The notes under the pieces: generated by a model
Database searches by the model: none
Seen by the model: the letters and a program-made list of their open reading frames with translations, nothing else
What the model was told of the DNA's origin: nothing
In this document: piece after piece, positions 27,377 through 32,000 of the stretch
How the letters are laid out: each line of letters begins with the position of its first letter
Numbering within the stretch: the first letter of the stretch is position 1
Position numbers and translations under genes: made by a program
NCBI GenBank assembly: GCA_964290475.1
Contig: CAXYPO010000002.1
Location: forward strand, 580,146-612,145
Origin: Enterobacter bugandensis
GTDB lineage: Bacteria > Pseudomonadota > Gammaproteobacteria > Enterobacterales > Enterobacteriaceae
Direction: 5' to 3'
Length of the DNA stretch: 32,000 nucleotides

Positions 27377-27703
27377 TCAGTATGATTTCAGGATCTCGGG
27401 CTCAACGAAAAAATCGATATTAAACAGCGTGTCATCACTCATCACCTCGATGTGATGCCAGCGTTCCGGCGGAAATACGCCAAAATGCCCCGCTTCGATG
27501 ATGAGAACGCCGTCGGGCTCGGGGCTGGTCTCATCAGCATAGCCGAGCCAGATAACTGTGCCCTGCATAACGCTAAGGCGAGGATAGACGCCGGGTTGGG
27601 TGCCTTTATCAAGGTGGCGCTGAAACAGGCCAGCAGGGGCGGTCATTCTGTTCCAGATCGGGGTGGAGCGGGTATGAATACAACTCTGCGGAATACGAAG
27701 CAT
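27377..27703 (-). CDS. second DUF1971 (YeaR-like) paralogue, upstream in the same operon
   Basis: Track ORF runs to 27727. The ATG at 27703 (GGGAGGAAAA upstream) gives the 108-aa MLRIPQSCIHTRSTPIWN..TAPAGLFQRHLDKGTQPGVYPRLSVMQG... The central segment is closer to recalled E. coli YeaR than the downstream copy is, but it lacks the C-terminal tail. Confidence 0.85.
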   Translation of the reverse strand: MLRIPQSCIHTRSTPIWNRMTAPAGLFQRHLDKGTQPGVYPRLSVMQGTVIWLGYADETSPEPDGVLIIEAGHFGVFPPERWHHIEVMSDDTLFNIDFFVEPEILKSY

Positions 27704-27763
27704 TTTTCCTCCCTTTTTAGCCTGCAACCATTAAAGCACCTCAGGGACAGGATTATTGTGCAT

Positions 27764-27786
27764 AAAGTGCATTTCAATTGCAACTT
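27764..27786. promoter_or_regulatory. NsrR-type 11-1-11 inverted repeat
   Basis: AAAGTGCATTT-C-AATTGCAACTT against the recalled NsrR consensus AAGATGCATTT-N-AAATGCATCTT, matching 9/11 in each half-site. It lies 61-83 nt upstream of the yeaR-paralogue ATG and 62 nt upstream of the divergent 25-aa ORF. Confidence 0.55.
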
Positions 27787-27847
27787 TAAACGCACTGGCA
27801 GGAGTGGTCTATACTTAGCTGTTCCGAAGGCCAACAAGGAGATATTT

Positions 27848-27925
27848 ATGAACTATGTAGAGAAAGATGATCCACGTGAAGCGCCGGAATCAGGTGACAA
27901 AAAGCCGCAACCGGCGAAGAAGTAA
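27848..27925 (+). CDS. 25-aa hydrophilic small ORF (MNYVEKDDPREAPESGDKKPQPAKK)
   Basis: AAGGAG lies 6 nt upstream of the ATG. A canonical intrinsic terminator follows 6 nt after the stop, and TATACT (27810-27815) is a possible -10. No homologue recognised. The call rests on signal architecture only. Confidence 0.45.
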   Translation: MNYVEKDDPREAPESGDKKPQPAKK

Positions 27926-27931
27926 CACCAC

Positions 27932-27956
27932 AAAGGTCGCTCAGGCGACCTTTTTT
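27932..27956 (+). terminator. rho-independent terminator
   Basis: AAAGGTCGC (27932-27940) / GCGACCTTT (27945-27953) form a 9-bp stem with the loop TCAG, running into TTTTTT (to 27956). Confidence 0.85.
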
Positions 27957-28084
27957 ATGTACAAAATGCTACCCAGTTGTTATTAACCTTATGAAATAAG
28001 TGGATATCTTGTAACAAAACACTTGATCTGTATCACTATATGACGCATATTGCGCCCGGTTATTTTATAAGCGGAGTGAGCGCA

Positions 28085-28258
28085 ATGACGTTGTATCAGA
28101 AAATGTTGGTGTTTTACGCAATCATGGCGACGCTCTGCGCCCTTATTACCTGGTTCCTCTCTAAAGATCGTAAACGCATTCGCTTTCTGAGCGCCTTTCT
28201 GGTGGGCTCAACCTGGCCGATGAGTTTCCCGGTGGCGCTGCTAATTTCGTTATTTTGA
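28085..28258 (+). CDS. ortT: OrtT (YdcX) GhoT-like small membrane toxin
   Basis: Track ORF starts at 28040. The ATG at 28085 gives the 57-aa MTLYQKMLVFYAIMATLCALITWFLSKDRKRIRFLSAFLVGSTWPMSFPVALLISLF, which closely matches recalled E. coli OrtT (M.LYQ.MLVFYA.MA....LITWFLS.D.KRIRFLSAFLVG.TWPMSFPVALL.SLF). Confidence 0.85.
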   Translation: MTLYQKMLVFYAIMATLCALITWFLSKDRKRIRFLSAFLVGSTWPMSFPVALLISLF

Positions 28259-28307
28259 CTCCCGCTGCCGATGGGCGTCTCAACCCTCCGGACGGTAAAC
28301 CCAGGCA

Positions 28308-28733
28308 TTATCCCGGTACATGGCAGGTGGTGTGGTAATAGGTACCGGCTGGCACTTTGATGGGGAAAATGTGGCAGGTTTTGACGTAGTCAGCAGGCTC
28401 CCCCTTGTACACATAAGCCGTCAGATGCTCCTTTTCCGGGAATGGCGTAACGCCGCCCCGGTGCCAAAACGACGCTTTAAGATAGAGATGGGTGTCGTAG
28501 ATGCTGTGGTAGCCATGGCGGATCGCATCTGACGAAGAGGCGGCGAGCGCGGCGTATACCGGGGTTTGCGAAGTATCGCTGGATGTTAATACTAATTGTT
28601 GCTGGGTAATGGCTACCCATGTTGTACAGCCCGGATTGGTACAGACAAACGTTGCTGCAAATCCCGGGGGCGTACTGGCAATAAAGCCCACTCCTGAAAG
28701 CAAAAATGGTAAAGAAAATTTAAATCTGCTCAT
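28308..28733 (-). CDS. hypothetical secreted protein (141 aa, signal peptide, 5 Cys)
   Basis: N-terminal signal-like MSRFKFSLPFLLSGVGFIASTPPGFAA. AAGGA lies 9 nt upstream of the ATG. The mature part has CTNPGC plus C-terminal Cys residues. No family recognised. Confidence 0.6.
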   Translation of the reverse strand: MSRFKFSLPFLLSGVGFIASTPPGFAATFVCTNPGCTTWVAITQQQLVLTSSDTSQTPVYAALAASSSDAIRHGYHSIYDTHLYLKASFWHRGGVTPFPEKEHLTAYVYKGEPADYVKTCHIFPIKVPAGTYYHTTCHVPG

Positions 28734-29293
28734 TACATCTTGTCCTTAAAGCTTTTTATATCTTCATATTTAATATGCAAGCGTATTATTTCCTGAATAA
28801 CGGATGCGCGAAAAGTACGCCAGCAATGGCGTGGATTATAAAAACGACGTTATAAAATTAATAAGATGCGAAGGGGAGCAATCCTTAATTATCCAGCCAC
28901 AGGCTTTGCTGTCGTGGGATTAGGACAGGGATTTATCAATAACTTATGCATTAACAAACAGATAGCCATCAAATTCATAATTTAAATCTTTAGTTTTATC
29001 GCTGCTCCTGATTTTCTGCCCGCTAAGATGAGGCTTACTACCGCCGCTTTCTGTGATCTCTGTCGCTTTCAGGGTACTCTTTTTATTAATAGTGATCTCA
29101 GTGGCGGCATAAATATAAAATTTAATTACGATGCTGTTGAAGTATTCTTATTAATTATTGTAATAATCGCGCTGTTATAAAAATGATTAACGGTAAGAAA
29201 ATAGAGATTTCCCTCTAAGAAAAGTACCCGGATTTATCCTTTCTGAAGGCCGCTTCCAGTTTTGTCTTTCGGCAATAGCATTTCTTTTGCGAT

Positions 29294-29313
29294 AACTGTA
29301 TAAATACACAGCC
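29294..29313. promoter_or_regulatory. LexA (SOS) box-like sequence upstream of the alpha/beta hydrolase
   Basis: AACTGTATAAATACACAGCC has the exact CTGT-N8-ACAG with an AT-rich core, matching 15/20 to TACTGTATATATATACAGTA. It overlaps a TATAAA -10-like hexamer (29299-29304) and ends 19 nt before the ATG at 29332. Confidence 0.5.
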
Positions 29314-29331
29314 ATCAGAAAAGGAGTGCTT

Positions 29332-30084
29332 ATGAACAGCTTTTATTCGCAGCAGGCCTGCTGCACGGTGCGCTGGCTGGATCTGCCCGGCCATGGCGAA
29401 CCGCTGGTGTTTATCCACGGTCTCGGCTGCGCCTCATCTTATGAATATCCCCGTATTGTCTGCGACCCGGCATTCGGTGCCCGCCGGGCGATCCTGATCG
29501 ACCTTCCCGGCAGCGGCTACAGTGATAAACCCACCGCTTATGGCTATCACACCAGCGCCCAGGCACGGGTGGTCATCGAGCTTCTGCAACACCTCAACGT
29601 TGATACCTTCTGGCTATACGGGCACAGCATGGGCGGCAGTATCGCCATCGAAGCCGCAGCGCTTGGCGGCAAACGAGTCCTCGGGCTGATGGTCTCGGAA
29701 CCCAATTTCAGCGCCGGGGGCGGGCAGTTCAGCCGGGGAATTGCGGCGCAAACGGAAGCAGAGTTTATCCGCACGGGCTATCCGGCAATGCTGGAAGCCG
29801 AAACCTCCGGTTGGAAAGGGAGCCTTACAAGCAATGCCCCCTGGGCAGTATGGCGGGGCGCCGCCAGCCTGGTGAAGGGCGTTTCGCCCGCCTGGGGCGA
29901 CATTTTCATTAACCTGGCTGTCCCGACCTGGCTGATTTTTGGCGAACTTTCGCTGCCGGATGCGGACGAGGCGGCCATGCGCCAGCAGGGGGTAGCGGTA
30001 AAGATCCTACCCGACGCCGGACATTCCATGTCGCTGGAGAACCCCTCCGGGCTGGCGAAAATCCTCGCGGAATGCATGGGCTAA
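29332..30084 (+). CDS. alpha/beta-fold hydrolase
   Basis: Track start is GTG at 29326. The ATG at 29332 lies 5 nt after AAGGAG. HGLG oxyanion-region motif, nucleophile elbow GHSMGG, and C-terminal DAGHS (catalytic His context). Confidence 0.85.
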   Translation: MNSFYSQQACCTVRWLDLPGHGEPLVFIHGLGCASSYEYPRIVCDPAFGARRAILIDLPGSGYSDKPTAYGYHTSAQARVVIELLQHLNVDTFWLYGHSMGGSIAIEAAALGGKRVLGLMVSEPNFSAGGGQFSRGIAAQTEAEFIRTGYPAMLEAETSGWKGSLTSNAPWAVWRGAASLVKGVSPAWGDIFINLAVPTWLIFGELSLPDADEAAMRQQGVAVKILPDAGHSMSLENPSGLAKILAECMG

Positions 30085-30108
30085 AAAAGGCCCGCCTGAG
30101 CGCGGGCC
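30083..30108 (-). terminator. intrinsic terminator for the SrfC-family gene (hairpin shared with the convergent hydrolase)
   Basis: GGCCCGC (30089-30095) / GCGGGCC (30102-30108) form the stem. On the minus strand TTTTTT follows (complement of 30083-30088). It lies between the two stop codons. Confidence 0.75.
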
Positions 30109-30115
30109 GCAAGGG

Positions 30116-32000
30116 TTACGGCAGCAGGCTCTTTAACTGCTGGCGGGCAGCGGGGGAGATATCGTGCGGATGCTGATACCCGATATTCTCACAGGCCTGG
30201 GTATAGAGCGCGACCAGCCAGTCGTATACGTAGGCGGTGGCCGCGTGTACCGGCTGCTCCCCGAGCCGGGTCAGGCGCGGGGCGCTGCTGACCACCGTTG
30301 GGGTAACAAAGATCGGCTGCCCTTTGCGGATGCGGCTTGCCGGGCGCGATGAGGCAGGCGTCTGGGCGTAGCCGACCCAGCCGACAAAGTTGCCGAGCGC
30401 AGCGTGCAGCTGGGCGGCGCAGCTCTTGTCGGTATCAACAATCTTTTTCAGCGCTGCCGGCAGGTTCAGGCGGTAGCTGCTGGCGATCAGCACGTCGGCA
30501 ATATGTTGCAACACCGCGCTTTCCAGCCCCAGTCGGCTGGCGGTGCCCTCGTCGCGGCTCCACTGGCGCAGGTGGTTAACCCAGATGCTGTGGGCCTGTC
30601 GGGCTTTATCTTTCGGCTGCCAGCTCTCGTGGCTCTCCTGCGCGCCGTCGGCAAAGAGATCGATGGCGTCGGTAAAGAGGCCGTTGACCTGCTCTTCGCG
30701 CGGCTGCTGTACGTTAAGCAGGGTTTCGAAGGCGCTTAACGGCGGCAATAGCCCCTCCAGCAGTTCACCGTGGCGGGCGGCGCTCCCCTGCAGGGTGCGT
30801 ACCGTTGCCTCGGCGGTGGTACGCTGCGCATCGGGATCCTGGTTCAGCGGGGCAAGATAGCCCGCCATCAGCCTGTGCAGTTCCCGCCCAAGCCTGGCCT
30901 GCAGCGCCTGCAAGCGACGCTGGCGCAGCCCGGCGAGGGTCGCCTGGGAGAGCCACTCGATAACGCGCTGCATGCTGCTGCTGTCCAGCGCCTGCAGGGT
31001 GCCCCAGTGCTGGCCCGGTTTGCCCAGCAGCTGCTGCACCGCCTCATCAAGGTTAGCGCGGGTGGTAAAACGGGCGTCGTGCGGGGTGATAGCCCACACC
31101 ACGCCCGGCAGGGCGGCATCTTCCCCCGGCTGGGTGTCGTGCACCCAGTTCAGCAGCGCTCTGGCGGTGCTGGCGGTCTGGTCGTGCTGCCCGGTGGCGT
31201 TACAGATAACCAGCACGTCCGGCTGAAGCTGCTGGCGATAGTGTTCCAGCAGCCAGCGGCGCTTCGCCTGGGCCAGCGGCGCTTCGGGCTGAACCGAAGG
31301 GGCAGGAATATCAATGATCGCCACCTGGTCCAGCGCGGCGCTCTCGACCGGCAGCTCCAGCTCGCGGGTGAGCAGGGCGAGCAGATCCAGCGGAATGCTG
31401 ATGGCGTTAAGCAGCTCGCCGTTCAGCACCGGATGCAGCACCGCCTGCTGGACGTCCGGCTGGGTGATATCGCCGCAGGTCAGAAAACCTTCCGTGGGCA
31501 GGCCAAAGTTGTCTACCAGCAGGCTCACCGGCGCGGCCAGTTCGCTGGCGTGGCTGGTCTGGTGCAGAATATGCGCCAGCGCCAGCCACTCCTGGGTCAG
31601 TTCCTGCTGTTCGCCCCAGAGCAGCGACCAGACGCTGGCGCGGGTGCTGAGATCCAGAGACGGCAGCAGCAGCGCGAACTGATGCCACAGAGCATCGTCC
31701 ATCTGCCGGGCAGCGGCAGGAACGTGCTCCTGCCAGTAACGGGCGATGGCCCCGACATCTGCGGCGGTGATCCCCGGCACCGACTGGGGCTGGCGCAGCG
31801 CGCGCCACTTCTCCAGCCGCGCTTCGATCACCGCTTTGTCCACTGCCGGCACCGTGGCGCGGGTAATAAACAGCTGGACCAGCTCGGCCTCGGTAACCAG
31901 GCGCAGGCGCAGGGGAAAGGCGTCGTCGGCGGGCTCGTCGGCTGCCGGGGTAAAGCGGACTGCCATATTGGTCAGGGCGTGTCCGGGGTTAATATGGGCG
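30116..32000 (-). CDS. large protein, probable SrfC-family (putative virulence factor), 5'-truncated by the window edge
   Basis: The reading frame stays open upstream of the first Met (31966) to the window end (...AHINPGHALTNMAVRFT...). The segment NP.G...T..V.RFT ... LRL..E.E fits my memory of the region after the P-loop in SrfC proteins. The rest is Leu/Ala/Gln-rich and helical. The family call is tentative. Confidence 0.55.
   Translation of the reverse strand, partial: AHINPGHALTNMAVRFTPAADEPADDAFPLRLRLVTEAELVQLFITRATVPAVDKAVIEARLEKWRALRQPQSVPGITAADVGAIARYWQEHVPAAARQMDDALWHQFALLLPSLDLSTRASVWSLLWGEQQELTQEWLALAHILHQTSHASELAAPVSLLVDNFGLPTEGFLTCGDITQPDVQQAVLHPVLNGELLNAISIPLDLLALLTRELELPVESAALDQVAIIDIPAPSVQPEAPLAQAKRRWLLEHYRQQLQPDVLVICNATGQHDQTASTARALLNWVHDTQPGEDAALPGVVWAITPHDARFTTRANLDEAVQQLLGKPGQHWGTLQALDSSSMQRVIEWLSQATLAGLRQRRLQALQARLGRELHRLMAGYLAPLNQDPDAQRTTAEATVRTLQGSAARHGELLEGLLPPLSAFETLLNVQQPREEQVNGLFTDAIDLFADGAQESHESWQPKDKARQAHSIWVNHLRQWSRDEGTASRLGLESAVLQHIADVLIASSYRLNLPAALKKIVDTDKSCAAQLHAALGNFVGWVGYAQTPASSRPASRIRKGQPIFVTPTVVSSAPRLTRLGEQPVHAATAYVYDWLVALYTQACENIGYQHPHDISPAARQQLKSLLP

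Noticed and set aside
25289-27968. TACAAAACG (25289-25297) and TACAAAATG (27960-27968) as possible direct repeats flanking the flagellin/yeaR insertion
   Set aside because: These are only 8/9 matches of an AT-rich 9-mer and could easily be chance. No inverted repeats or recombinase gene support a mobile element.
28866-28985. Small ORFs in the AT-rich spacer (39-aa plus-strand MRRGAILNYPATGF...; 29-aa minus-strand MNLMAICLLMHKLLINPC... around 28890-28979)
   Set aside because: Neither has a Shine-Dalgarno at functional spacing or a recognisable toxin or leader-peptide pattern. ORFs of this size are expected by chance in AT-rich DNA.
1-32000. Scan for CRISPR repeats, tRNA/rRNA genes, IS elements, integrases and known defence-system signatures
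   Set aside because: I found no regularly spaced direct repeats, cloverleaf-capable conserved tRNA segments, transposase- or integrase-like ORFs, or nuclease/helicase/ATPase gene clusters on either strand.

Overview
GC-rich enterobacterial chromosomal segment (Klebsiella/Enterobacter-like; inference only). It is colinear with my recollection of the E. coli K-12 b1427-b1445 block: rimL-ydcK-tehAB-ydcL ... ydcO-ydcN-rlhA(ydcP)-yncJ ... ydcR-ydcSTUV-patD-ortT. Five short insertions that I do not recall in K-12 interrupt this backbone. (i) A divergent pepT-like tripeptidase / dppA-like binding-protein pair. (ii) A divergent EamA transporter / AraC regulator pair. (iii) A ~330-bp very GC-rich, hairpin-dense non-coding block, then a short-Q-loop cytochrome bd oxidase (cioAB-like plus a DUF2474-like peptide), an LLM flavin oxidoreductase and a 61-aa zinc-ribbon protein. 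(iv) An orphan flagellin with a sigma-28-type promoter, yoaG, two tandem yeaR (DUF1971) paralogues behind an NsrR-like operator, and a 25-aa ORF. (v) A secreted Cys-containing protein, an AT-rich spacer, an alpha/beta hydrolase preceded by a LexA-box-like sequence, and the 3' part of an SrfC-family gene that runs off the window. I saw no rRNA, tRNA, CRISPR array, IS element or recognisable defence operon. I do not see a convincing multi-gene novel system. The best follow-up candidates are the orphan-flagellin islet, the GC-rich structured block and the LexA-box/hydrolase pairing. All homology statements come from memory of family sequences, not from searches.
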